Source of the DNA: Auanema rhodensis
Taxonomy: Eukaryota > Animalia > Nematoda
Direction: 5' to 3'
Length of the DNA: 64,000 nucleotides
NCBI GenBank assembly: GCA_964057225.1
Contig: OZ059895.1
Coordinates: forward strand, 3,472,001-3,536,000
Below are positions 10,945 through 25,400 of this stretch, in pieces (positions within the stretch are counted from its first letter, which is position 1; each line of letters begins with the position of its first letter). The notes below the pieces were generated by a model. That model saw nothing but the letters and a program-made list of their open reading frames with translations. It did no database searches and was not told where the DNA came from. A program made the position numbers and the translations under genes.

Positions 10945-13900
10945 TATTACTATCTTTACAAGATAGATACAAAAAAATTGGAATGTGATCACATGTTCTG
11001 ATGCTTTGAAGGGCATGTTTTACTAGCCTACGTAGGAAAACATCCATTCAAGCAACAGAACTAGGAAAGATCCATGTCTGATTAGTCGGTCAGTTCATTA
11101 TTTAAGGGTAACCTGTGCTGCGTATAATTTATGGGTGTACAAAAATCAAAGTTTATTACTATCTTTACAAGATAGATTTCAAAAAAATTGGAATGTGATC
11201 ACATGTTCTGATGCTTTGAAGGGCATGTTTTACTAGCCTACGTAGGAAAACATCCATTCAAGCAACAGAACTAGGAAAGATCCATGTCTGATTAGTCGGT
11301 CAGTTCATTATTTAAGGGTAACCTGTGCTGCGTATAATTTATGGGTGTACAAAAATCAAAGTTCTTAATCAAAGTTTAAAAAACAAACTGAACAAAAGTT
11401 AGAAAATCTGAATTAAAATCTTTCCAACATAGTGTTCAACATATGATATATTACTATCTTTACAAGATAGATACAAAAAAATTGGAATGTGATCACATGT
11501 TCTGATGCTTTGAAGGGCATGTTTTACTAGCCTACGTAGGAAAACATCCATTCAAGCAACAGAACTTGGGAAGATCCATGTCTGATTAGACGGTCAGTTC
11601 ATTATTTAAGGGTAACCTGTGCTGCGTATATTTTATGGGTGTACAAACAACAAGGTTCTTAATCAAAGTTTAGAAAACAAACTGAGTGAAAGTTGAAAAA
11701 ATCTGAATTAAAATCTTTCCAACATAGTGTTCAACATATGATATATTACTATCTTTACAAGATAGATACAAAAAAATTGAAATGTGATCACATGTTCTGA
11801 TGCTTTGAAGGGCATGTTTTACTAGCCTACGTAGGAAAACATCCGTTCAAGCAACAGAACTTGGAAAGATCCATGTCTGATTAGTCGGTCAGTTCATTAA
11901 TTAAGGGTAACCTGTGCTGCGTATAATTTATGGGTGTACAAAAATCAAAGTTCTTAATCAAAGTTTAAAAAACAAACTGAATAAAAGTTCGTAAATCTGA
12001 ATTAAAATCTTTCCAACATAGTGTTCAACATATGATATATTACTATCTTTACAAGATAGATACAAAAAAATTGAAATGTGATCACATGTTCTGATGCTTT
12101 GAAGGGCATGTTTTACTAGCCTACGTAGGAAAACATCCGTTCAAGCAACAGAACTTGGAAAGATCCATGTCTGATTAGTCGGTCAGTTCATTAATTAAGG
12201 GTAACCTGTGCTGCGTATAATTTATGGGTGTACAAAAATCAAAGTTCTTAATCAAAGTTTAAAAAACAAACTGAATAAAAGTTCGTAAATCTGAATTAAA
12301 ATCTTTCCAACATAGTGTTCAACATATGATATATTACTATCTTTACAAGATAGATACAAAAAAATTGGAATGTGATCACATGTTCTGATGCTTTGAAGGG
12401 CATGTTTTACTAGCCTACGTAGGAAAACATCCATTCAAGCAACAGAACTAGGAAAGATCCATGTCTGATTAGTCGGTCAGTTCATTATTTAAGGGTAACC
12501 TGTGCTGCGTATAATTTATGGGTGTACAAAAGTCAAAGTTTATTACTATCTTTACAAGATAGATTTCAAAAAAATTGGAATGTGATCACATGTTCTGATG
12601 CTTTGAAGGGCATGTTTTACTAGCCTACGTAGGAAAACATCCATTCAAGCAACAGAACTAGGAAAGATCCATGTCTGATTAGTCGGTCAGTTCATTATTT
12701 AAGGGTAACCTGTGCTGCGTATAATTTATGGGTGTACAAAAATCAAAGTTTATTACTATCTTTACAAGATAGATACAAAAAAATTGGAATGTGATCACAT
12801 GTTCTGATGCTTTGAAGGGCATGTTTTACTAGCCTACGTAGGAAAACATCCGTTCAAGCAACAGAACTTGAAAGATCCATGTCTGATTAGTCGGTCAGTT
12901 CATTATTTAAGGGTAACCTGTGCTGCGTATAATTTATGGGTGTACAAAAATCAAAGTTCTTAATCAAAGTTTAAAAAACAAACTGAATAAAAGTTCGTAA
13001 ATCTGAATTAAAATCTTTCCAACATAGTGTTCAACATATGATATATTACTATCTTTACAAGATAGATACAAAAAAATTGGAATGTGATCACATGTTCTGA
13101 TGCTTTGAAGGGCATGTTTTACTAGCCTACGTAGGAAAACATCCATTCAAGCAACAGAACTAGGAAAGATCCATGTCTGATTAGTCGGTCAGTTCATTAT
13201 TTAAGGGTAACCTGTGCTGCGTATAATTTATGGGTGTACAAAAATCAAAGTTTATTACTATCTTTACAAGATAGATTTCAAAAAAATTGGAATGTGATCA
13301 CATGTTCTGATGCTTTGAAGGGCATGTTTTACTAGCCTACGTAGGAAAACATCCATTCAAGCAACAGAACTAGGAAAGATCCATGTCTGATTAGTCGGTC
13401 AGTTCATTATTTAAGGGTAACCTGTGCTGCGTATAATTTATGGGTGTACAAAAATCAAAGTTCTTAATCAAAGTTTAAAAAACAAACTGAACAAAAGTTA
13501 GAAAATCTGAATTAAAATCTTTCCAACATAGTGTTCAACATATGATATATTACTATCTTTACAAGATAGATACAAAAAAATTGGAATGTGATCACATGTT
13601 CTGATGCTTTGAAGGGCATGTTTTACTAGCCTACGTAGGAAAACATCCATTCAAGCAACAGAACTTGGGAAGATCCATGTCTGATTAGACGGTCAGTTCA
13701 TTATTTAAGGGTAACCTGTGCTGCGTATATTTTATGGGTGTACAAACAACAAGGTTCTTAATCAAAGTTTAGAAAACAAACTGAGTGAAAGTTGAAAAAA
13801 TCTGAATTAAAATCTTTCCAACATAGTGTTCAACATATGATATATTACTATCTTTACAAGATAGATACAAAAAAATTGAAATGTGATCACATGTTCTGAT

Positions 13901-14093
13901 GCTTTGAAGGGCATGTTTTACTAGCCTACGTAGGAAAACATCCGTTCAAGCAACAGAACTTGGAAAGATCCATGTCTGATTAGTCGGTCAGTTCATTAAT
14001 TAAGGGTAACCTGTGCTGCGTATAATTTATGGGTGTACAAAAATCAAAGTTCTTAATCAAAGTTTAAAAAACAAACTGAATAAAAGTTCGTAA
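9896..14093. repeat. Tandem duplication with period 2099 bp
   Basis: Markers TTGAAATG 9972/12071 and GAACAAAAG 11393/13492. ORFs pair at 10153/12252 and 10865/12964. Confidence 0.88.
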
Positions 14094-17000
14094 ATCTGAA
14101 TTAAAATCTTTCCAACATAATGTTCAACATATGATATATTACTATCTTTACAAGATAGATACAAAAAAATTGGAATGTGATCACATGTTCTGATGCTTTG
14201 AAGGGCATGTTTTACTAGCCTACGTAGGAAAACATCCATTCAAGCAACAGAACTAGGAAAGATCCATGTCTGATTAGTCGGTCAGTTCATTATTTAAGGG
14301 TAACCTGTGCTGCGTATAATTTATGGGTGTACAAAAGTCAAAGTTTATTACTATCTTTACAAGATAGATTTCAAAAAAATTGGAATGTGATCACATGTTC
14401 TGATGCTTTGAAGGGCATGTTTTACTAGCCTACGTAGGAAAACATCCATTCAAGCAACAGAACTAGGAAAGATCCATGTCTGATTAGTCGGTCAGTTCAT
14501 TATTTAAGGGTAACCTGTGCTGCGTATAATTTATGGGTGTACAAAAATCAAAGTTCTTAATCAAAGTTTAAAAAACAAACTGAACAAAAGTTAGAAAATC
14601 TGAATTAAAATCTTTCCAACATAGTGTTCAACATATGATATATTACTATCTTTACAAGATAGATACAAAAAAATTGGAATGTGATCACATGTTCTGATGC
14701 TTTGAAGGGCATGTTTTACTAGCCTACGTAGGAAAACATCCATTCAAGCAACAGAACTTGGGAAGATCCATGTCTGATTAGACGGTCAGTTCATTATTTA
14801 AGGGTAACCTGTGCTGCGTATATTTTATGGGTGTACAAACAACAAGGTTCTTAATCAAAGTTTAGAAAACAAACTGAGTGAAAGTTGAAAAAATCTGAAT
14901 TAAAATCTTTCCAACATAGTGTTCAACATATGATATATTACTATCTTTACAAGATAGATACAAAAAAATTGAAATGTGATCACATGTTCTGATGCTTTGA
15001 AGGGCATGTTTTACTAGCCTACGTAGGAAAACATCCGTTCAAGCAACAGAACTTGGAAAGATCCATGTCTGATTAGTCGGTCAGTTCATTAATTAAGGGT
15101 AACCTGTGCTGCGTATAATTTATGGGTGTACAAAAATCAAAGTTCTTAATCAAAGTTTAAAAAACAAACTGAATAAAAGTTCGTAAATCTGAATTAAAAT
15201 CTTTCCAACATAGTGTTCAACATATGATATATTACTATCTTTACAAGATAGATACAAAAAAATTGGAATGTGATCACATGTTCTGATGCTTTGAAGGGCA
15301 TGTTTTACTAGCCTACGTAGGAAAACATCCATTCAAGCAACAGAACTAGGAAAGATCCATGTCTGATTAGTCGGTCAGTTCATTATTTAAGGGTAACCTG
15401 TGCTGCGTATAATTTATGGGTGTACAAAAGTCAAAGTTTATTACTATCTTTACAAGATAGATTTCAAAAAAATTGGAATGTGATCACATGTTCTGATGCT
15501 TTGAAGGGCATGTTTTACTAGCCTACGTAGGAAAACATCCATTCAAGCAACAGAACTAGGAAAGATCCATGTCTGATTAGTCGGTCAGTTCATTATTTAA
15601 GGGTAACCTGTGCTGCGTATAATTTATGGGTGTACAAAAATCAAAGTTTATTACTATCTTTACAAGATAGATACAAAAAAATTGGAATGTGATCACATGT
15701 TCTGATGCTTTGAAGGGCATGTTTTACTAGCCTACGTAGGAAAACATCCGTTCAAGCAACAGAACTTGAAAGATCCATGTCTGATTAGTCGGTCAGTTCA
15801 TTATTTAAGGGTAACCTGTGCTGCGTATAATTTATGGGTGTACAAAAATCAAAGTTCTTAATCAAAGTTTAAAAAACAAACTGAATAAAAGTTAGAAAAT
15901 CTGAATTAAAATCTTTCCAACATAGTGTTCAACATATGATATATTACTATCTTTACAAGATAGATACAAAAAAATTGGAATGTGATCACATGTTCTGATG
16001 CTTTGAAGGGCATGTTTTACTAGCCTACGTAGGAAAACATCCATTCAAGCAACAGAACTAGGAAAGATCCATGTCTGATTAGTCGGTCAGTTCATTATTT
16101 AAGGGTAACCTGTGCTGCGTATAATTTATGGGTGTACAAAAATCAAAGTTTATTACTATCTTTACAAGATAGATTTCAAAAAAATTGGAATGTGATCACA
16201 TGTTCTGATGCTTTGAAGGGCATGTTTTACTAGCCTACGTAGGAAAACATCCATTCAAGCAACAGAACTAGGAAAGATCCATGTCTGATTAGTCGGTCAG
16301 TTCATTATTTAAGGGTAACCTGTGCTGCGTATAATTTATGGGTGTACAAAAATCAAAGTTCTTAATCAAAGTTTAAAAAACAAACTGAACAAAAGTTAGA
16401 AAATCTGAATTAAAATCTTTCCAACATAGTGTTCAACATATGATATATTACTATCTTTACAAGATAGATACAAAAAAATTGGAATGTGATCACATGTTCT
16501 GATGCTTTGAAGGGCATGTTTTACTAGCCTACGTAGGAAAACATCCATTCAAGCAACAGAACTTGGGAAGATCCATGTCTGATTAGACGGTCAGTTCATT
16601 ATTTAAGGGTAACCTGTGCTGCGTATATTTTATGGGTGTACAAACAACAAGGTTCTTAATCAAAGTTTAGAAAACAAACTGAGTGAAAGTTGAAAAAATC
16701 TGAATTAAAATCTTTCCAACATAGTGTTCAACATATGATATATTACTATCTTTACAAGATAGATACAAAAAAATTGAAATGTGATCACATGTTCTGATGC
16801 TTTGAAGGGCATGTTTTACTAGCCTACGTAGGAAAACATCCGTTCAAGCAACAGAACTTGGAAAGATCCATGTCTGATTAGTCGGTCAGTTCATTATTTA
16901 AGGGTAACCTGTGCTGCGTATAATTTATGGGTACACAAAAATCAAAGTTTATTACTATCTTTACAAGATAGATACAAAAAAATTGGAATGTGATCACATG

Positions 17001-19165
17001 TTCTGATGCTTTGAAGGGCATGTTTTACTAGCCTACGTAGGAAAACATCCATTCAAGCAACAGAACTAGGAAAGATCCATGTCTGATTAGTCGGTCAGTT
17101 CATTATTTAAGGGTAACCTGTGCTGCGTATAATTTATGGGTGTACAAAAGTCAAAGTTTATTACTATCTTTACAAGATAGATTTCAAAAAAATTGGAATG
17201 TGATCACATGTTCTGATGCTTTGAAGGGCATGTTTTACTAGCCTACGTAGGAAAACATCTATTCAAGCAACAGAACTAGGAAAGATCCATGTCTGATTAG
17301 TCGGTCAGTTCATTATTTAAGGGTAACCTGTGCTGCGTATAATTTATGGGTGTACAAAAATCAAAGTTCTTAATCAAAGTTTAAAAAACAAACTGAATAA
17401 AAGTTAGAAAATCTGAATTAAAATCTTTCCAACATAGTGTTCAACATATGATATATTACTATCTTTACAAGATAGATACAAAAAAATTGGAATGTGATCA
17501 CATGTTCTGATGCTTTGAAGGGCATGTTTTACTAGCCTACGTAGGAAAACATCCGTTCAAGCAACAGAACTTGGAAAGATCCATGTCTGATTAGTCGGTC
17601 AGTTCATTAATTAAGGGTAACCTGTGCTGCGTATAATTTATGGGTGTACAAAAATCAAAGTTCTTAATCAAAGTTTAAAAAACAAACTGAATAAAAGTTC
17701 GTAAATCTGAATTAAAATCTTTCCAACATAGTGTTCAACATATGATATATTACTATCTTTACAAGATAGATACAAAAAAATTGGAATGTGATCACATGTT
17801 CTGATGCTTTGAAGGGCATGTTTTACTAGCCTACGTAGGAAAACATCCATTCAAGCAACAGAACTAGGAAAGATCCATGTCTGATTAGTCGGTCAGTTCA
17901 TTATTTAAGGGTAACCTGTGCTGCGTAAAATTTATGGGTGTACAAAAATCAAAGTTTATTACTATCTTTACAAGATAGATTTCAAAAAAATTGGAATGTG
18001 ATCACATGTTCTGATGCTTTGAAGGGCATGTTTTACTAGTCTACGTAGGAAAACATCCATTCAAGCAACAGAACTAGGAAAGATCCATGTCTGATTAGTC
18101 GGTCAGTTCATTATTTAAGGGTAACCTGTGCTGCGTATAATTTATGGGTGTACAAAAATCAAAGTTCTTAATCAAAGTTTAAAAAACAAACTGAATAAAA
18201 GTTAGAAAATCTGAATTAAAATCTTTCCAACATAGTGTTCAACATATGATATATTACTATCTTTACAAGATAGATACAAAAAAATTGGAATGTGATCACA
18301 TGTTCTGATGCTTTGAAGGGCATGTTTTACTAGCCTACGCAGGAAAACATCCATTCAAGCAACAGAACTTGGGAAGATCCATGTCTGATTAGACGGTTAG
18401 TTCATTATTTAAGGGTAACCTGTGCTGCGTATATTTTATGGGTGTACAAACAACAAGGTTCTTAATCAAAGTTTAGAAAACAAACTGAGTGAAAGTTGAA
18501 AAAATCTGAATTAAAATCTTTCCAACATAGTGTTCAACATATGATATATTACTATCTTTACAAGATAGATACAAAAAAATTGAAATGTGATCACATGTTC
18601 TGATGCTTTGAAGGGCATGTTTTACTAGCCTACGTAGGAAAACATCCGTTCAAGCAACAGAACTTGGAAAGATCCATGTCTGATTAGTCGGTCAGTTCAT
18701 TATTTAAGGGTAACCTGTGCTGCGTATAATTTATGGGTGTACAAAAATCAAAGTTTATTACTATCTTTACAAGATAGATACAAAAAAATTGAAATGTGAT
18801 CACATGTTCTGATGCTTTGAAGGGCATGTTTTACTAGCCTACGTAGGAAAACATCCGTTCAAGCAACAGAACTTGGAAAGATCCATGTCTGATTAGTCGG
18901 TCAGTTCATTATTTAAGGGTAACCTGTGCTGCGTATAATTTATGGGTGTACAAAAATCAAAGTTTATTACTATCTTTACAAGATAGATACAAAAAAATTG
19001 GAATGTGATCACATGTTCTGATGCTTTGAAGGGCATGTTTTACTAGCCTACGTAGGAAAACATCCATTCAAGCAACAGAACTAGGAAAGATCCATGTCTG
19101 ATTAGTCGGTCAGTTCATTATTCAAGGGTAACCTGTGCTGCGTATAATTTATGGGTGTACAAAAA

Positions 19166-19460
19166 TCAAAGTTCTTAATCAAAGTTTAGAAAACAAATTG
19201 AGTGAAAGTTGGAAAAATCTGAATTAAAATCTTTCCAACATAGTGTTCAACATATGATATATCACTATCTTTACAAGATAGATACAAAAAAATTGGAATG
19301 TGGTCACATGTTCTGATGCTTTGAAGGGCATGTTTCACTAGCCTACGTAGGAAAACATCCGTTCAAGCAACAGAACTTGGAAAGATCCATGTCTGATTAG
19401 TCGGTCAGTTCATTAATTAAGGGTAACCTGTGCTGCGTATAATTTATGGGTGTACAAAAA
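19166..19460 (+). repeat. 295-bp diverged long monomer variant (TTTAGAAAACAAA(C/T)TGAGTGAAAGTTG...)
   Basis: A cluster of linked substitutions plus one extra base in the AT-rich segment. Unit starts are at 19166 and 19461; similar units start at 44554 and 53081. Confidence 0.92.
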
Positions 19461-22400
19461 TCAAAGTTCTTAATCAAAGTTTAAAAAACAAACTGAATAA
19501 AAGTTCGAAAATCTGAATTAAAATCTTTCCAACATAGTGTTCAACATATGATATATTACTATCTTTACAAGATAGATACAAAAAAATTGGAATGTGATCA
19601 CATGTTCTGATGCTTTGAAGGGCATGTTTTACTAGCCTACGTAGGAAAACATCCATTCAAGCAACAGAACTAGGAAAGATCCATGTCTGATTAGTCGGTC
19701 AGTTCATTATTTAAGGGTAACCTGTGCTGCGTATAATTTATGGGTGTACAAAAATCAAAGTTCTTAATCAAAGTTTAAAAAACAAACTGAATAAAAGTTA
19801 GAAAATCTGAATTAAAATCTTTCCAACATAGTGTTCAACATATGATATATTACTATCTTTACAAGATAGATACAAAAAAATTGGAATGTGATCACATGTT
19901 CTGATGCTTTGAAGGGCATGTTTTACTAGCCTACGTAGGAAAACATCCGTTCAAGCAACAGAACTTGGAAAGATCCATGTCTGATTAGTCGGTCAGTTCA
20001 TTAATTAAGGGTAACCTGTGCTGCGTATAATTTATGGGTGTACAAAAATCAAAGTTTATTACTATCTTTACAAGATAGATTTCAAAAAAATTGGAATGTG
20101 ATCACATGTTCTGATGCTTTGAAGGGCATGTTTTACTAGCCTACGTAGGAAAACATCCATTCAAGCAACAGAACTAGGAAAGATCCATGTCTGATTAGTC
20201 AGTCAGTTCATTATTTAAGGGTAACCTGTGCTGCGTATAATTTATGGGTGTACAAAAATCAAAGTTCTTAATCAAAGTTTAAAAAACAAACTGAATAAAA
20301 GTTAGAAAATCTGAATTAAAATCTTTCCAACATAGTGTTCAACATATGATATATTACTATCTTTACAAGATAGATACAAAAATATTGGAATGTGATCACA
20401 TGTTCTGATGCTTTGAAGGGCATGTTTTACTAGCCTTCGTAGGAAAACATCCGTTCAAGCAACAGAACTTGGAAAGATCCATGTCTGATTAGTCGGTCAG
20501 TTCATTAATTAAGGGTAACCTGTGCTGCGTATAATTTATGGGTGTACAAAAATCAAAGTTCTTAATCAAAGTTTAAAAAACAAACTGAATAAAAGTTCGA
20601 AAATCTGAATTAAAATCTTTCCAACATAGTGTTCAACATATGATATATTACTATCTTTACAAGAAAGATACAAAAAAATTGAAATGTGATCACATGTTCT
20701 GATGCTTTGAAGGGCATGTTTTACTAGCCTACGTAGGAAAACATCCGTTCAAGCAACAGAACTTGGAAAGATCCATGTCTGATTAGTCGGTCAGTTCATT
20801 TTTTAAGGGTAACCTGTGCTGCGTATAATTTATGGGTGTACAAAAATCAAAGTTTATTACTATCTTTACAAGATAGATACAAAAAAATTGGAATGTGATC
20901 ACATGTTCTGATGCTTTGAAGGGCATGTTTTACTAGCCTACGTAGGAAAACATCCATTCAAGCAACAGAACTAGGAAAGATCCATGTCTGATTAGTCGGT
21001 CAGTTCATTATTCAAGGGTAACCTGTGCTGCGTATAATTTATGGGTGTACAAAAATCAAAGTTCTTAATCAAAGTTTAGAAAACATATTGAGTGAAAGTT
21101 GAAAAAATCTGAATTAAAATCTTTCCAACATAGTGTTCAACATATGATATTTTACTATCTTTACAAGATAGATACAAAAAAATTGGAATGTGGTCACATG
21201 TTCTGATGCTTTGAAGGGCATGTTTTACTAGCCTACGTAGGAAAACATCCGTTCAAGCAACAGAACTTGGAAAGATCCATGTCTGATTAGTCGGTCAGTT
21301 CATTAATTAAGGGTAACCTGTGCTGCGTATAATTTATGGGTGTACAAAAATCAAAGTTCTTAGTCAAAGTTTAAAAAACAAACTGAATAAAAGTTCGAAA
21401 ATCTGAATTAAAATCTTTCCAACATAGTGTTCAACATATGATATATTACTATCTTTACAAGATAGATACAAAAAAATTGGAATGTGATCACATGTTCTGA
21501 TGCTTTGAAGGGCATGTTTTACTAGCCTACGTAGGAAAACATCCATTCAAGCAACAGAACTAGGAAAGATCCATGTCTGATTAGTCGGTCAGTTCATTAT
21601 TTAAGGGTAACCTGTGCTGCGTATAATTTATGGGTGTACAAAAATCAAAGTTCTCAATCAAAGTTTAAAAAACAAACTGAATAAAAGTTAGAAAATCTGA
21701 ATTAAAATCTTTCCAACATAGTGTTCAACATATGATATATTACTATCTTTACAAGATAGATACAAAAAAATTGGAATGTGATCACATGTTCTGATGCTTT
21801 GAAGGGCATGTTTTACTAGCCTACGTAGGAAAACATCCGTTCAAGCAACAGAACTTGGAAAGATCCATGTCTGATTAGTCGGTCAGTTCATTAATTAAGG
21901 GTAACCTGTGCTGCGTATAATTTATGGGTGTACAAAAATCAAAGTTCTTAATCAAAGTTTAAAAAACAAACTGAATAAAAGTTCGTAAATCTGAATTAAA
22001 ATCTTTCCAACATAGTGTTCAACATATGATATATTACTATCTTTACAAGATAGATACAAAAAAATTGGAATGTGATCACATGTTCTGATGCTTTGAAGGG
22101 CATGTTTTACTAGCCTACGTAGGAAAACATCCATTCAAGCAACAGAACTAGGAAAGATCCATATCTGATTAGTCGGTCAGTTCATTATTTAAGGGTAACC
22201 TGTGCTGCGTATAATTTATGGGTGTACAAAAATCAAAGTTTATTACTATCTTTACAAGATAGATTTCAAAAAAATTGGAATGTGATCACATGTTCTGATG
22301 CTTTGAAGGGCATGTTTTACTAGCCTACGTAGGAAAACATCCATTCAAGCAACAGAACTAGGAAAGATCCGTGTCTGATTAGTCGGTCAGTTCATTATTT

Positions 22401-25400
22401 AAGGGTAACCTGTGCTGCGTATAATTTATGGGTGTACAAAAATCAAAGTTCTTAATCAAAGTTTAAAAAACAAACTGAATAAAAGTTAGAAAATCTGAAT
22501 TAAAATCTTTCCAACATAGTGTTCAACATATGATATATTACTATCTTTACAAGATAGATACAAAAATATTGGAATGTGATCACATGTTCTGATGCTTTGA
22601 AGGGCATGTTTTACTAGCCTTCGGAGGAAAACATCCGTTCAAGCAACAGAACTTGGAAAGATCCATGTCTGATTAGTCGGTCAGTTCATTAATTAAGGGT
22701 AACCTGTGCTGCGTATAATTTATGGGTGTACAAAAATCAAAGTTCTTAATCAAAGTTTAAAAAACAAACTGAATAAAAGTTCGAAAATCTGAATTAAAAT
22801 CTTTCCAACATAGTGTTCAACATATGATATATTACTATCTTTACAAGAAAGATACAAAAAAATTGAAATGTGATCACATGTTCTGATGCTTTGAAGGGCA
22901 TGTTTTACTAGCCTACGTAGGAAAACATCCGTTCAAGCAACAGAACTTGGAAAGATCCATGTCTGATTAGTCGGTCAGTTCATTATTTAAGGGTAACCTG
23001 TGCTGCGTATAATTTATGGGTGTACAAAAATCAAAGTTCTTAATCAAAGTTTAGAAAACAAATTGAGTGAAAGTTGAAAAAATGTGAATTAAAATCTTTC
23101 CAACATAGTGTTCAACATATGATATATTACTATCTTTACAAGATAGATACAAAAAAATTGGAATTTGATCACATGTTCTGATGCTTTGAAGGGCATGTTT
23201 TACTAGCCTACGTAGGAAAACATCCATTCAAGCAACAGAACTAGGAAAGATCCATGTCTGATTAGTCGGTCAGTTCATTAATTAAGGGTAACCTGTGCTG
23301 CGTATAATTTATGGGTGTACAAAAATCAAAGTTCTTAATCAAAGTTTAAAAAACAAACTGAATAAAAGTTCGTAAATCTGAATTAAAATCTTTCCAACAT
23401 AGTGTTCAACATATGATATATTACTATCTTTACAAGATAGATACAAAAAAATTGGAATGTGATCACATGTTCTGATGCTTTGAAGGGCATGTTTTACTAG
23501 CCTACGTAGGAAAACATCCATTCAAGCAACAGAACTAGGAAAGATCCATGTCTGATTAGTCGGTCAGTTCATTATTTAAGGGTAACCTGTGCTGCGTATA
23601 ATTTATGGGTGTACAAAAATCAAAGTTTATTACTATCTTTACAAGATAGATTTCAAAAAAATTGGAATGTGATCACATGTTCTGATGCTTTGAAGGGCAT
23701 GTTTTACTAGCCTACGTAGGAAAACATCCATTCAAGCAACAGAACTAGGAAAGATCCATGTCTGATTAGTCGGTCAGTTCATTATTTAAGGGTAACCTGT
23801 GCTGCGTATAATTTATGGGTGTACAAAAATCAAAGTTCTTAATCAAAGTTTAAAAAACAAACTGAATAAAAGTTAGAAAATCTGAATTAAAATCTTTCCA
23901 ACATAGTGTTCAACATATGATATATTACTATCTTTACAAGATAGATACAAAAATATTGGAATGTGATCACATGTTCTGATGCTTTGAAAGGCATGTTTTA
24001 CTAGCCTTCGTAGGGAAACATCCGTTCAAGCAACAGAACTTGGAAAGATCCATGTCTGATTAGTCGGTCAGTTCATTAATTAAGGGTAACCTGTGCTGCG
24101 TATAATTTATGGGTGTACAAAAATCAAAGTTCTTAATCAAAGTTTAAAAAACAAACTGAATAAAAGTTCGAAAATCTGAATTAAAATCTTTCCAACATAG
24201 TGTTCAACATATGATATATTACTATCTTTACAAGAAAGATACAAAAAAATTGAAATGTGATCACATGTTCTGATGCTTTGAAGGGCATGTTTTACTAGCC
24301 TACGTAGGAAAACATCCGTTCAAGCAACAGAACTTGGAAAGATCCATGTCTGATTAGTCGGTCAGTTCATTATTTAAGGGTAACCTGTGCTGCGTATAAT
24401 TTATGGGTGTACAAAAATCAAAGTTTATTACTATCTTTACAAGATAGATACAAAAAAATTGGAATGTGATCACATGTTCTGATGCTTTGAAGGGCATGTT
24501 TTACTAGCCTACGTAGGAAAACATCCATTCAAGCAACAGAACTAGGAAAGATCCATGTCTGATTAGTCGGTCAGTTCATTATTCAAGGGTAACCTGTGCT
24601 GCGTATAATTTATGGGTGTACAAAAATCAAAGTTCTTAATCAAAGTTTAGAAAACAAATTGAGTGAAAGTTGAAAAAATCTGAATTAAAATCTTTCCAAC
24701 ATAGTGTTCAACATATGATATATTACTATCTTTACAAGATAGATACAAAAAAATTGGAATGTGGTCACATGTTCTGATGCTTTGAAGGGCATGTTTTACT
24801 AGCCTACGTAGGAAAACATCCATTCAAGCAACAGAACTAGGAAAGATCCATGTCTGATTAGTCGGTCAGTTCATTAATTAAGGGTAACCTGTGCTGCGTA
24901 TAATTTATGGGTGTACAAAAATCAAAGTTCTTAATCAAAGTTTAAAAAACAAACTGAATAAAAGTTCGAAAATCTGAATTAAAATCTTTCCAACATAGTG
25001 TTCAACATATGATATATTACTATCTTTACAAGATAGATACAAAAAAATTGGAATGTGATCACATGTTCTGATGCTTTGAAGGGCATGTTTTACTAGCCTA
25101 CGTAGGAAAACATCCATTCAAGCAACAGAACTAGGAAAGATCCATGTCTGATTAGTCGGTCAGTTCATTATTTAAGGGTAACCTGTGCTGCGTATAATTT
25201 ATGGGTGTACAAAAATCAAAGTTCTTAATCAAAGTTTAAATAACAAACTGAATAAAAGTTAGAAAATCTGAATTAAAATCTTTCCAACATAGTGTTCAAC
25301 ATATGATATATTACTATCTTTACAAGATAGATACAAAAAAATTGGAATGTGATCACATGTTCTGATGCTTTGAAGGGCATGTTTTACTAGCCTACGTAGG

